From NCBI RefSeq assembly GCF_000143415.4, contig NW_003314394.1, positions 186,042 through 250,041 of the forward strand: a stretch of DNA of 64,000 bases. The letters run 5' to 3'. A program made the translations under genes and the position numbers. Positions 34,806 through 47,046 of the stretch are shown one piece after another (the stretch's first letter is position 1; the number at the start of each line of letters is the position of its first letter). This DNA is from Selaginella moellendorffii (lineage: Eukaryota; Plantae; Lycopodiophyta). Under the pieces are notes generated by a model. It was not told the origin of the DNA, searched no databases, and saw only the letters and a list, made by a program, of their open reading frames with translations.

Positions 34806-36649
34806 TCACTTGATTGCAGCACTATTTAACATCGCAATCGTGTTGTAGTATTTGCCTGCAAGAAAGCTCTTGAACCACTTAGCCGATTCCTTGGGATACC
34901 TCGTCAAGTTGTCATGGCGATCAACGTAGTAGAGACCATACCTCCAAGTAAAACCATTCGTCCATTCCCAGTTATCACAGAGTGACCACACGAAATAGCC
35001 TCGGATCGTGCTTCCCTTTCGGATAGCCGTGAGCATCGCGTCGACGTATCCGCTTATGTAGTTGATCCTGGTAAGATCACCCAAGTTGCTCGAGTTCGTC
35101 AGGGAATCGTCGCTAATCCCTGAAAATAGCGTGAAACAAACCAGATGTGAGTGTAAGGGATTTTTGTCCCAGCAGGGACGGGCCACTGACCATTTTCGGT
35201 GATGAAAACTCGTGGATTCTTGTATCTCACGCGAATGTAGCCCAGCAGCTTTTCAAATCCCCAGGGAACAACGTTGATACCATTCACATGTGGGCCTAGA
35301 GAGACTCCATCCTTTTGAGCTGTGAGGCAAAGAAAAGAAAAAAGGTCGCTGGCACGTATCAATCAAACGCGAGGCAAAGAATCATAGAAAGAAAACTACA
35401 AACATACCTAGAAGCCGGACATTGTGATCTTTGTAATAGCCCACGAGTGAAACAGGAAAATCCAAGCCCGTGGTCGCGTAGTTTGTAGTGTAGTGATTCA
35501 CTCCAAGAAAATCGAGAGATCCCTGGACAAGAGCTTTGTCCTCGACGCTGAATCTTGGAAGGCGATCTCCAACCAACCGGCGCATGGAATCCGGATAATC
35601 CCCAAAGAAGATCGGATCCAAGATCCATCCCACCTCGAAATCCCTTGCCCGCTGCGCCGCCTCCTCATCGCTCCGGGAGCTCGTCAGCGGCTCATACCAG
35701 CTCGCATCGATCGCGATCCCGATCGATCCGCCCTGGTGCTGGAACCTGGAGCGGTAGATCCCCACGGCGGCGGCGTGCGCGAGCAAGAAATTGTGCACGA
35801 CGAGGTAGGCCTCCGTGGAGGAGTTCCCCGCTGCGCAGCCCCTGGGATACTCCTGAGAGCATCGCCCCGGCGCAAGAAGTCCAAGAATGTAAGCGAAGGT
35901 CGCCTGGAGATGGGGCTCGTTGAGCGTGATCCAGTTCTTCACACGGTCGCCAAAGAGAGAGAAGCATAGCTCGGCATATTCCGCGAAGTCCTTCCTGGGA
36001 ATATTTCGTCAGCTCGAGAGAGCACATCCCGTCAGATTCGTACCTTATGCGCGGGCTCAGCCACGAGCCGTACTCTTCGTCCAGCGCGAGCGGTGTGTCG
36101 CTGTGAAGAATCGTCACGAATGGTGTAATCCCTTTCTCGATCAGTCTGTCGATCAGTCGATTGTAGTGGGTCACTCCTTCGGGATTGATCTTGCGATCTG
36201 CGAGATGACCGATCAGCTCTGGAACAACAACAGATACTTGAAAGAGTACCGGGGAAAATTCTGCTCCAAGATATCGAGAATCGGTAAGCATCCGTACCGA
36301 GATCCACCATGAGGTCGATATCGTCCTCGAATCGGTGGTACTGGTCGATAGCCACATCCCCGGACGTGGAATCGACAATCTTTCCTGGAATTTTCGCGAA
36401 TTCATCCCAAATGGATGCCTTCCTTCCTCCTGTCGTCGCCGCGCCTTCATACTGTGGAAGCATTGGAGGATTGACACGAGAAATCGCGAGAGGAATTCGA
36501 GAGATTTCTACCTGGTAGGACGATGCCGCAGTGCCGAAGTGAAATCCTGGGGGAAAATCTCTCCTGGAGAGCGCCGGGGCAGCGCAGACGCAGTGGAGAT
36601 TAATCCACATTGTCCCAAATGCAAGCAAAAGAGTGGAGATCTCCATCAT
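34806..36649 (-). CDS. Glycoside hydrolase family 1 beta-glucosidase, multi-exon
   Basis: 'FPPGF.FGTAASSYQ.EG', 'YRFSISWSRI', acid/base 'TLNEP', nucleophile 'ITENG', 'GYFVWSL.DNWEW..G'. Confidence 0.95.
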
Positions 36650-36765
36650 GCTGGGTTCCAGTGCCCGTGCCTTTTATGCTTAGGCCAGATAAAACAACGG
36701 TAGTCAAAAAGTTTTAACCCTTCCATTTGACCCCTTTTTACCCTTGTTAGGGTTTCGGGGCTGCC

Positions 36766-37103
36766 ATGGAGAAGAAAGAGGAGACGAAGGAGGAGAAGAC
36801 GCCGACGCCACAGGAGCCGCCAGTTCCTCGCTCCTGCCGTAAGAGATCCAATCCAGATGCATCCTTCATCCAGGACGTGAGGGATCACTTGGACGAGTTC
36901 ATGAGCGCGTCCATGGAGGATCACAAGAATTGCTTCATGAACACGCTCGGCAAGGTAGAAATCTCTGTGGTCTTCCGATCGTTGGCGAGTAATCCTCCAT
37001 CGCTCCTTCTCTGCAGATGTTTGGAAAGCCGGCTCCCAAACAGGAGGCCGCGTCGAGCAGCAATCCGCCGATCGAGGGTGTTCTTGCGACCACATCGAAG
37101 TAG
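36766..37103 (+). CDS. Small conserved plant protein (At3g52040-like), 2 exons
   Basis: 'SCRK......ASF..DVRDH.DEF..ASM..HK.CF..T..K|MFG'. GT-AG intron at ~36955-37017. Confidence 0.75.
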
Positions 37104-37326
37104 GTGCTCGCTCTATCAAGGTAAAATTTCCCCGCGTGTCGAGAGATTTCTTGGTGGCAACACTTGGATTTCTTTCAGGGGCAAGAGCAAGAGCAAGGAA
37201 TGAGAGGAGAAATTTTGCTTGTGAATACACAGCTCGAGGGATAGCGCTATGTTTTAATCAATAAAGAAGCTTTTCTTTCTTCTGTGTGGCTCTACCTAGG
37301 GTTTGTAGGGTTTTAGGCGCCTGGCG

Positions 37327-39232
37327 ATGGCGCTCCTGGATCGCTACGAGGTCGCCTCCACTGCGGCTCACATCCAGCAGCACGGATTCTCGCGCGTCGG
37401 TCTCCAGGCAAGAATCTAGCGTAGAATTTGTCGAGCAGAGGCATTGATCTTCTCGAAATCTTAGTTTCCGGATAATCTTCTCGCCGACAGCGTCGCCGTG
37501 ACGAGCGCATTGCAAAGCGCTTGCGGTTCTGGCGTGAGATTCTTTATCATGGCGGACACCACGTTTGGCAGCTGCTGTGTTGACGAGGTCGCGGCCGCTC
37601 ACGTCAATGCCGATTGCGTCGTGCACTATGGCCCGGCTTGCCTTAGCCCGTAAGTTTGCTTTTATCATAGAAAATTTTCGAAAGTTCTTTGCTTACGTTG
37701 TTCTGTGCAGTGTGACCAATCTTCCTGCCTACTTTGTGTTCTTAAGAACTCCTTTGGATATAAATACGTGTGGAGAAGTCGTAGCTGACCTTGTTGCTAA
37801 AGACGAACGTCTACTGGTTGGTGTCTCGTTTTCTTAGTTTTTTTCTTTTGTTCTTATCGAGACTGTATCTCTTTTGCTTACAGGTTCTCTATGATCTTGA
37901 GTACGCGCACGCGATTCCAGAGCTGCGAGAAACAGTCCGACAGGAAGCTCCAGAGAACTCAGGCCTGACGTTTGCAGAAATTATTGGCAGGGAACTAAAT
38001 CCTTGCAAGTGTGACGAAGAGCCAATACTCGATACCGATGAACATTCAATAGGTGGCTTGAAATGGAAAGGATCAACGCCGACCAAGATTTTGTGGATTG
38101 GAAAGGAAGGCCCGGCATTGACAAACGTGATGCTCACGTACAACTCTGCTGCCGTAAGTTCTTTCTAAGTTCTTTTGCATTCGTGAGGACCTGATGGGCT
38201 ACTCGCAGACAGTGAGATATGATCCTGCGAGCGGTGAGCAAACTAGCATGTCCAGTCAGAGCTCGACTTTGTGGCGAAGGTATAAAAGCTTTTATTCGCA
38301 GTACCTGATTTTTAATATCGAGTTTTCCAGGTACTATTTAATCGAGCGTGCCAAGGATGCAAACATTGTCGGCATAGTTGTGGGAACACTCGGGGTTGGT
38401 CGGCGTTTTTCCTTACTAGTTGATTGAAGGATGTTTTTTTCTCTAACACCTGTTCTTTCTCGCAGCCGGCTATAAGCAAGCTATACAGAATGTAAAGCAG
38501 ATGGTGAAGAGCGCAGGGAAAAAGTCATACACTCTTGCAGTCGGGAAGCCAAATCCTGCAAAGCTTGCAAACTTTCCTGAGGTATGTCGAGCTACCACTC
38601 GCAAAAGTTTTACTCTTCTTTGAGTAGTGTGATGTGTTTGTCCTTATAGCATGTCCCCAGACGGCGTTAGTAGATAACAAGGAGTTCTTTGCTCCTCTTC
38701 TCACCACATTCGAAGCTCAACTGGCATTTGTGAGGTATGCTCTTGTTTGCGATTAGTTTTCATTCAGCTCTAAGCACGTCGAATTTGACAGGGGCAAACA
38801 ATGGACTGGCTCGTACTCCCTCGATTTTCGAGACGTCCAGTTGCCCGCTGATCCGCAAGACTCCACCACGGAAGAAGAGCCACGCTTCTCGTTTATAAGC
38901 GGTGGCTATGTTTCCTCAAGAACTGGTGAGACAAAGCGTTTTTTACTCTTCTCGCAAGTCAATCTTCACTGACGTCATGCTTAGCGGTTGACAACAAGGA
39001 CGAGGAAAGCAGCGGCGATCTTGTCGCGGTGGGCAGTGACTCCTCGTCGATTGGAACTCTTTCGACTGTCGGGAAATCACCAGGAACTAGAACCGCGGCG
39101 GATTTTTTCGCATCCAGAAGCTTTCAAGGTCTGGAATTGGAAGCCAAGAGCACGAAAGTTTCCAAAGACGGCGATTTGAGAGCAGTGACAGGACGAAAAG
39201 GGCGAGCCGCAGTGTACGAAGATGAGCAGTAG
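37327..39232 (+). CDS. DPH2: Diphthamide biosynthesis protein 2, multi-exon
   Basis: 'VGLQFPD.LL.DS', '[29 protein letters not shown]', '[20 protein letters not shown]', '[13 protein letters not shown]', 'RSFQGL', 'GR.G.A..YEDE'. Confidence 0.92.
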
Positions 39233-39363
39233 GAGTTACACTTTTCCTCGATCTCGGGGAGATCAAATCCCGACCGCTCGTGTGGGGGACGGACGGTCGC
39301 GATACTTTTTTATAATGGTATTCCATGGTAGTACACGTGATGGCATTCTCTATCCGGCTTCGG

Positions 39364-39381
39364 TTAGGGTTTAGGGTTTAG
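39364..39381 (+). promoter_or_regulatory. Telo-box (telomere-like TTAGGGT repeats) upstream of ADNT1
   Basis: 'ttagggtttagggtttag'. Similar telo-boxes occur near the starts of Abraxas-like (~30400), 36747, DPH2 (~37298), U2A' (~57354) and OCP3 (~58823). Confidence 0.6.
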
Positions 39382-39450
39382 AGCTCCTGCGGCCAAGCCC
39401 AGCGCGGATTGGCAGCGGCTTGGCGATTCTTGAGCTCCCAGCGCGCGCGC

Positions 39451-40982
39451 ATGGCCGATCAAGCAGGTAGCAAGAATGCACCCGCCGGTAACGCGGCTTT
39501 CTGCGAATCGCCTCAAGTCTACGATAGAGACGCGTCGGCGATCGCCTCGCTGGTCGACAACACGAAGCTGGATGTGAAATCTCCCACGGATGTCTTCCTC
39601 TCGATCACCAAGTCGCTGATTGCCGGTGGCGTCGCGGGCGGAGTGTGAGTAATCTCGGGTCTTTTCCCCCTTGCATGCATTGGTGGAGTGATATTTCGTG
39701 AAATTTCCATCGCTGATCCAGGTCCCGGACGGCCGTTGCCCCCTTGGAGCGCCTAAAGATTCTTCTCCAGGTACTCTCCATGCACTGGGAGACAATGTGC
39801 CACTAACGGTGTGTCGGACAGGTCCAGAATTCCCAGAATGCCCGCTACAAGGGGATGTTTCAGGGGCTGAGGACGATCTGGAACACGGAGGGAGTGAAGG
39901 GATTCTTTATCGGGAATGGCGTCAATTGTGCCCGAATCGTCCCCAACTCGGCCGTGAAGTTTCTAAGCTACGAGCATGCGGCCAAGTAAGTTGCGACGCT
40001 CGCTTTGTTTCCTTGCCTTTGTTGCCTTGCTCAAGGTTCTTTTCTCTTTTGTCACAGTGCCATCCTCTGGGCGTATCGAAGAGAAACTGGCGATAGTAAG
40101 ACTTTGTTTTCTCATCAACTGCGATGACGGTTTCTCATGCTGGTTTTTTGGAATTGCATTGTAGGCGAAGCGGAGCTCAATCCCGTTCTACGCCTGGGCG
40201 CCGGAGCTTGCGCTGGGATCATTGCAATGTCTGCGACTTACCCGATGGACATGATTCGAGGTCGACTAACCGTGCAGGTCTACCTTCTTTTCTCGTTTGC
40301 ATGCTGCTAGAACAATTTAATGCTCACGTCGGCGGCTCTACAGACCAAAGGTTCCGAGAGTAGCTACAACGGGATGCTCCACGCGGCAAGGACGATCGTC
40401 AGGATGGAAGGATGGCAAGCGCTATACAAAGGATGGCTCCCGTCTGTGATCGGAGTGGTAAGTTTTCTGTTTTCTGTGCGTGTCTACTTTCACTAATGTC
40501 TGTTTTCCAGGTGCCTTACGTGGGACTTAACTTCGCCGTCTACGAATCGCTGAAGGACTACATCGTCAAGGAAGAGCCATTCGGACCCGTTCCGGGCTCG
40601 GAGCTTGCTGTTCTCACGAAGCTTGGGTGTGGTGCCGTTGCGGGAGCAACTGGCCAAACCGTGGCATATCCTCTGGATGTCATCCGACGGAGAATGCAGA
40701 TGGGAGGGTGGTACACGACAACGATCAACGGACAGAAGGTGCAAGTGCACTACAATGGCATGCTGGACGCATTTTCTCAGACTGTCAAGAAGGAAGGCTT
40801 CACTGCGCTCTACAAAGGCCTGGTTCCCAACTCGGTCAAGGTGGAGTGGCTTGTCTATGTTTTCTCGTATGGCTGGCTACTAACGGTTTCATTCCCAGGT
40901 GGTTCCATCCATCGCCTTGGCGTTTGTGACTTACGAGATCATGAAGGACCTGATGACGCTGGAGTACCGTATCACCGACTGA
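39451..40982 (+). CDS. ADNT1: Mitochondrial adenine nucleotide transporter (mitochondrial carrier family), multi-exon
   Basis: '[31 protein letters not shown]', 'GNGVNCARIVPNSAVKF.SYE', 'RLGAGACAGIIAMSATYPMD', 'VPYVGLNFAVYESLK', 'VVPSIA.AFVTYE'. Confidence 0.93.
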
Positions 40983-41624
40983 AAGTGCAGCGGCCCTCGT
41001 TTTTCCTTTTTTTTTTTGACGAGCGCAGAAATCTGGTTAGCTGCTCCCAACGCGGCACCGGGCTGGTTCCTATCACCCTCTTCCTTTCTTTCGTACATTG
41101 TGATCCTTCGGTCGACGAAATTTTCCCATGGCAAAGGTACTTTTTAGTATGCTGATGAAAACGTAGGTGTGAAGCAGTGGGTTCTCGGTGACAAGATACG
41201 TCATGGAAAAAGGACAAAGAACGAGAGGATTAGAATGACAGACCGAGATTGGTATTTTTACAATTCCCCATTGCAATAAAGGAACGAATGAAGTGAAAAT
41301 CGATCGGTGTCAACTCTCGACTCGGTCATGGTATGAGTTTGGTGGGCAAGTAATGACCGCGGCGGTGGGCACGTAAATCAACGCCGGCTTCTTCTCCTGA
41401 TCCGAAGGTTGGCCTTGGGCCGTGAAGTAAGTCGAGAGGATTGCTCTTTCTTTTCTTTCTTTGTTGTTTGTACATTACTATGACGTCTTTGCTGGATTGA
41501 TGAGCACAGATAAAGAGAAGTGCACACAGAAACGCTTGTAAGGTGTGGTCCTTTGCGTCCTGCAAACAATATAGTATCTCCGGCGGTGGTGCGGCTTGGC
41601 GCTTGAGGGAGAGGGAGAGGAAGG

Positions 41625-42788
41625 ATGAGGCGACGAAGCGTAAGCGCTGTGCGTCTTGTGACACTGGTGGTGGTGGCGCTGCTCTTCGAGAATGGAAAAG
41701 CAAATCGGGAAGGTAATAAGCCTGGTTTCTTTCCTATTTTTTCTCAAGGGGAAATATTCAGGTGAAGCTTTAGCAGCTTTCAAAGAAGCGCTCGTCGACC
41801 CAAACGGTGTGCTGGATAGTTGGGATCCATCTCTGGTGAATCCGTGTACATGGTTTCGAGTGACTTGCAACAGCGACGATTTCGTGATGCGAATGTGAGT
41901 TCAAGCTCATACATGACAAGAAGCTAACTATTATCTCCCTCATTTTGTTTTCCCGTTCCAGAGACTTGGAGAATGCATCGTTGCGAGGGAGACTAGTGCC
42001 TCACCTTGCGAGCCTCCGTCATTTGCAATATCTGTAAGTACCTACATTAAAAAGAGGATGGAGCACACTGTAGAGAAATAGATAGAGAATAGAATAGAGG
42101 GGCCAGTGGGTCCTTGTCTTTGCAAAAAGAAGAGGAGGATTTGAACCTGCCACTCTAGCTGCCACAGATTTTCAGTCTGTCTGCTTGGCCACTAGGACCT
42201 TGCTGCAACTCTTGTTACATAGGAGTCGTCCTTTCGACTTATAGAAGCTGACTTGTTTCACATCTACAGGGAACTTAACAATAATCTCTTAAGCGGTTCC
42301 ATTCCACGGGAACTTGGGGAGCTTAAGGAACTGATCAGCCTGGACTTGTACGACAACTATCTTACTGGAACCATTCCTGACACTTTGTCTGAGCTCGACT
42401 CTCTCAGATTCTTGTGAGTACACTCCCAGTATGTCTCTGTCTGACTCGAGAATTAAATTAAACACTGTGTGTGTCGAGTGCAGAAGATTAAATAGCAATT
42501 TGCTTTCGGGATCTATTCCGGAATCGCTCACCTGTTTGTCCAATCTCAAAGTAATGTAAGTGAAGAGTGTGCGGTTGATAGCAAAAATATGACTCTGATA
42601 TTCCAGAGACTTCTCGGATAATAATCTCAGCGGACGGGTTCCCAATGATGGTCCATTCGCCCGCATGAGCTCCAAGAGGTGCGAAGATGTTCTTTTCATG
42701 CTTCAAAGTGAAGTTCGAAATTTTATTTTCTTGCAGTTTTCAAGGAAACTCTGGTCTTTGCGGTCCCAGTGTCGGGAGAAAATGCTGA
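41625..42788 (+). CDS. Secreted LRR protein resembling the SERK ectodomain without TM or kinase (AtLRR1/NtLRP1 type), 7 exons
   Basis: '[30 protein letters not shown]', '[24 protein letters not shown]', 24-aa LRR exons, ending 'FQGNSGLCG....KC*'. Confidence 0.9.
42070..42205 (-). mobile_element. tRNA-derived SINE-like or tRNA pseudogene element in an LRR-gene intron
   Basis: The minus strand reads 'GGTCCTAGTGGCCAAGCAG ACAGA-CTGAAAA-TCTGT ... GCAGG-TTCAAAT-CCT' (A-box-like, anticodon stem, B box), followed by a (TTCTA/TCTA)-type tail. The acceptor stem is broken. Confidence 0.5.
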
Positions 42789-43004
42789 TTTCTATAATTC
42801 TCACACAGGTATATATAGCAGTATACATGTTAAGATTACGTATTATGAATGGATGGAACTTGTTGAAAAATTCGTTGAAAAATCCCTGTGCCTTCGTTTT
42901 CTTGATTCAAGCATTAGTGCGGGTCATAATTCGAAAAATCTAGCAAGTAAGCAGCTTCATGTTTCTGTGGTTTGTGACTTACATCTGTGTTTTCGTGTAC
43001 AGAA

Positions 43005-44708
43005 ATGGAAAATCATAGCTTACCGACTAGAGCAGTCGTCTTCTCTGCAAATTCGGGAGCAAACCAGAGGCTCATGTCGAAGCGCAAAAAGAACCCCCTG
43101 GATCACCTGGAGGTTGCACTGATTGGAGCAGGCAGTGGAACATATGCCCAGCTTTTGGACGAGTGCGGCCGAGCAAAGTCGGTGCTTCACGGCAAGTTTG
43201 TCCACCAGCACATTATCGACAACGGGTACGAGCAGGACACATTCGTGGCTAATCTGGTAATGCAGATGTACATCAAATGTGGCTGCTTCGAGGAGGCACG
43301 CCTGGTTTTTAGCAGGATGGTAAAACCGAGCCTTGTCTCATGGACCACTATGCTTTCGGCATATGCCCAGAACGGATATCCGTCGGAGGCACTGAAGCTC
43401 GTAAATTACATGGAGCTCAACGGACTGAAGCCGGACAAGGTGACCCTCTTGTGCATACTGGGAGCTTGTTCTTACATCGGAGAGATCTCACGTGCCAGGG
43501 AAGTGCATCAGCGCGTAGCTGCCTGTGGATTCGACAGCGAAACTCCTATCGGGAATTCGCTGGTCCACATGTACACGAGATGCGCTAGTCTCCAAGATGC
43601 AAGGCTTGTCTTCCAAGGCATGACCAGGAGGAACGTCGTGTCGTGGAACTCAATGGTGGCTGCGTGGGCACAACTAGGCGGTGCTAAGGATGCTCTCGAA
43701 GTGTTTGCGCGAATGCTGGAGGAGAATGTGCAACCAGACAAGGTGACTTTCATGAATTTGCTTCAAGCCTTTTCTACTGACGAGGATCTGGCAGCCGCTC
43801 GAGATATCCATTCGAAGATTGTGGAGCATGGATTCGAGTCGGACGTGGCCGTGGGAACCGCGGTAATGAGCATGTACGGGAAGTGTAAAAGTTTGGAAGA
43901 CGCCCGGCTGGTGTTCGAGAGACTACACGGGAAGAACTTGGTTACGTGGAACACCATGATCTCAGTATACGCTCACGGTGATCGTCCAGAGGAGGCACTC
44001 TCAATCTACAATGCAATGGGGGAGCAGTACATACAACCGGATCATATCACTTTCACCAGCGTTCTCGCGGCCTGTGGATCGATTGGTGTTCTACAAAACG
44101 GGAAAAGGATTCACGGTCACGTCAAGGTGTTTCGGATGGAGGACCACGCTTCTGTGGCAACTGGCCTGGTGAAAATGTACAGCCAGTGCGGAAGTGTGGG
44201 AGATGCAAGAGAAGTATTCGAGACAATGAACAGGGACTTGGTGGCATGGAACACGATGATAGCAGGATACGCACAGCACGGCTACACAGAGCAGGCAGTC
44301 GAGCTCTTCCACAAAATGGACGTGATTCCAGACGAAGTTACGTTCGTTAGTCTGCTGGACGCTTGCGGCCACGGTGGCCTCGTGACAGATTCGTGGTACT
44401 ACTTCCGTTCCATGCTCCAGCTGGGAGTATCTCCAACGATACAGCACTTTGGCTGTATGGTCTCGCTTTTGGGAAAAGTGGGGAAGCTGGACCAAGCCGA
44501 AAAGCTTATACTGAGCATGAAGGCCTTTCGAGTAGAAGCAAATGCCGTGGTGTGGAAAATGTTTCTGGATGCGTGTAAGACGCACGGAAACATGGAGAAA
44601 GGAGCTCGAGCTGCTGCTGAGGTTCTACGCCTGGAGTCAGGCGATTCTTTCCCTTACGTCGTCCTTGCGAACATATGCTCGACAACTGAAGAACCAGAAC
44701 CACAGTAA
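43005..44708 (+). CDS. PLS-class pentatricopeptide repeat protein with a truncated E domain (organellar RNA-editing factor type)
   Basis: Repeated 'L..MY.KCG....AR.VF..M...VVSWN.M', 'PD.VTF...L.AC', 'HFGCMV.LLG..G.L..AE', 'YVVLANI'. No DYW domain. Confidence 0.92.
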   Translation: MENHSLPTRAVVFSANSGANQRLMSKRKKNPLDHLEVALIGAGSGTYAQLLDECGRAKSVLHGKFVHQHIIDNGYEQDTFVANLVMQMYIKCGCFEEARLVFSRMVKPSLVSWTTMLSAYAQNGYPSEALKLVNYMELNGLKPDKVTLLCILGACSYIGEISRAREVHQRVAACGFDSETPIGNSLVHMYTRCASLQDARLVFQGMTRRNVVSWNSMVAAWAQLGGAKDALEVFARMLEENVQPDKVTFMNLLQAFSTDEDLAAARDIHSKIVEHGFESDVAVGTAVMSMYGKCKSLEDARLVFERLHGKNLVTWNTMISVYAHGDRPEEALSIYNAMGEQYIQPDHITFTSVLAACGSIGVLQNGKRIHGHVKVFRMEDHASVATGLVKMYSQCGSVGDAREVFETMNRDLVAWNTMIAGYAQHGYTEQAVELFHKMDVIPDEVTFVSLLDACGHGGLVTDSWYYFRSMLQLGVSPTIQHFGCMVSLLGKVGKLDQAEKLILSMKAFRVEANAVVWKMFLDACKTHGNMEKGARAAAEVLRLESGDSFPYVVLANICSTTEEPEPQ

Positions 44709-45764
44709 GCACGCAAGCACCGTTCTTTCTGATCCAGTTAATCCACGCAGGAACCTGCTGCTCGTGAAAACTGTCATCAGTACGGATGAGGCACACGAAT
44801 TTGTTTCCAGTTCTGGAAAGCTTCCTAAAGGGCACAGTACACCATCTTTCTTGGTAACTGATCTCGCTTAAAGTATTATTGCGAACCAAACTTTCGAGAC
44901 CATTCTTCTGACCCACCGAGAAAATTTTCGTGTCGAGAGAGTACGTTGTGCTTTTTATTTTCTAGTGCTCATGCATTTCTTGTGTTCAGGGACGGGCGTG
45001 CAGCGTACTGGTATTTGACACGAGATTCTCTTTGACCTGCATCAGAAAATATGATTTACTGGTAAATATCACATTTTAATTGTTTGCTTTTCGTTGTTTC
45101 TAAGACATTAGCCTGCAGACTCTTTATTTACGAGTCTCAAAGAATGAAGTGGAACGGCGAAACTCCTAATTATTGTTATAGTGCGCTCTGGGTGGAGACT
45201 GTTGGACTGCTTCTAAATCTCCGTCTTTTCCAAGACTGGTACGTACAATACAGAGAAAATTTTGATTTTTGAGAGACTTTTCATCAGGTGTTTAATTCCC
45301 TCGAATGCCGTTTATACTAGAATCAAGTGTTTTTTCCTGCTGGCTTGTGTGTAAGTGCTGACCTCAGATAAGTACCATTTTTTCCGGGCTTGAAACGTTT
45401 AGCAGGGATGCAGAAGAGAGCCCAAGGTCTGATTCCAGTCATTGTCGTCTGTCTGTGGCTACGACGCTAAAGTTTCGTTTTTGAATTCTTTACAGGTCCC
45501 AAAGCGAAGGAATTTTGAACGGTGACTTTGGATTGCATGATCATTGTTGGAGGAAACTTCCAGAACGGAGTCCGAGGATTACAACTCATGGCATCCCCGG
45601 AAGATCATTCCCTCTACAACTCTCTGGAAAATCATAATTCTGTGGACGTGAACTATGGTCTCTGTTTTGCTGAGAGCGGTATGCATAAGTCTGCTGCTAC
45701 GCCTTTGTCATTACCAAGACTGACTTTTCGTGGGTGATTGATTGATGCAGTTTGGACTTGAGGT

Positions 45765-46767
45765 TCAAGTACAGGGTCTTTTGACTGCGTGTCCACAAAG
45801 TCCTGGATTGCCTTCAAAGCTGCAACACGCAGTTAATGTGACAATTAAGCTCCCAGACGACTCGAAAACTACATCTACCTTACCTCTTTTGGCCGAATTT
45901 CTGAAACGAGCCTCCCCGAGGAACAGTCCCTGTGAAGCTGTTATGAGAGAGATCGCTGCAGAACAAAAAACATACAGGGAAGAAATGTAAGTTCTTTTGG
46001 AGCTTTCCGCTGGCAGAACTGTTCAAACTATAGCTTACAGGACTTTCAGGTTCGGCAACGTCGTAAGCTCTTGTGGGATTTGACCGGATAATTGGTTGTC
46101 GTTGAGCCGGCTGTAGTGAGAATTATCGTAAGAGGAACGACGTTTCGACAAATCACTCACAGGAAAACAAGACTTCGCATGTTACCGATCGATTTCGGGA
46201 TTGATCCGGACAGGTGGTTGTATTGCAAGTCGAGGCTGACCAGGGACTTCAAGTTTCCAAACTCCGGAGGGATGGATCCAGTAAGGCTGTTGTTGAAAAG
46301 CTCCCTGCTCATCGACCAATCGATCCACAAGAAAGGTAAGCTACATAAACTTTCCAGTGCGACACTTACAAATGCTCCAAGTTTTTCAGATTGGCGAGCT
46401 CGGGAACCAGCCTCCCGGACAGATCTCCTCGTGCCAAGTCCCTGCAAGGAAGAACACGATCCGATCATCAAAACGTCCAGGTTGCTTTCCAATCTTCTCT
46501 CCCTGCTTACACTCTAGTGACAAGGTCGTCTTGGTTGCAGGTAACATAGAGCCAGGTGCAAGGATTGAGCAATGTCGGATCCCAGGTCTCGAGCATCCCA
46601 GTGGGATCGCTCACCGCCTGCTTGAACGCGTTGAGCGAGTCTCCTGCCAAGAAGAACGAACAATGCCCGGTAAGAGACGCCAAGAGGGAAGCTCTCTTCT
46701 TCTCCTTCTTACCTTCCAAACTGGCCAGGACGAGATCGAACAGGAGAAACAAGCCCAGGAGCTTCAT
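45765..46767 (-). CDS. Second secreted kinase-less SERK-ectodomain LRR protein, 7 exons
   Basis: '[19 protein letters not shown]|DSL.AFK....DP.G.L.TWDPTL.NPCTW..VTCN', LRR exons with the same phase as the 41625 gene, ending '[17 protein letters not shown]'. Confidence 0.9.
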
Positions 46768-47046
46768 CCTCTCCTCTCCGAGCTCCAAATCTTCGCTCCA
46801 AACTCTTTCCTCTCTCCTTTTGGCCAGTCCACAAACGTTTAAAACTATATGGACCGTCGCGAGCCTTGTTTACAGGAATGTGGCCTTTCAGTGGATCACA
46901 GCACTACTAGTCTTCGGTCAGAGTTGACTGAGTTAGTCAACCAAGTCCAGTGTTCGAATCGCTGGTCTCTATCTTATTTAGCGCGATTTTCATACAAGAC
47001 GACAAAAGAATCTATAAAGCGAATATCTTTGCATAGTTCTTGGCCA

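Noticed and set aside
28595-36649. Terpenoid biosynthetic gene cluster (MVD + GDSL + GH1)
   Set aside because: No terpene synthase, P450 or transferase is present, and housekeeping genes are interspersed.
41326-41703. Minus-strand ORFs upstream of the LRR gene
   Set aside because: They overlap the LRR gene's promoter and first exon and show no recognisable protein features.
42128-42205. Functional tRNA-Phe gene
   Set aside because: The acceptor and T stems do not pair fully and the variable arm is too long for Phe.
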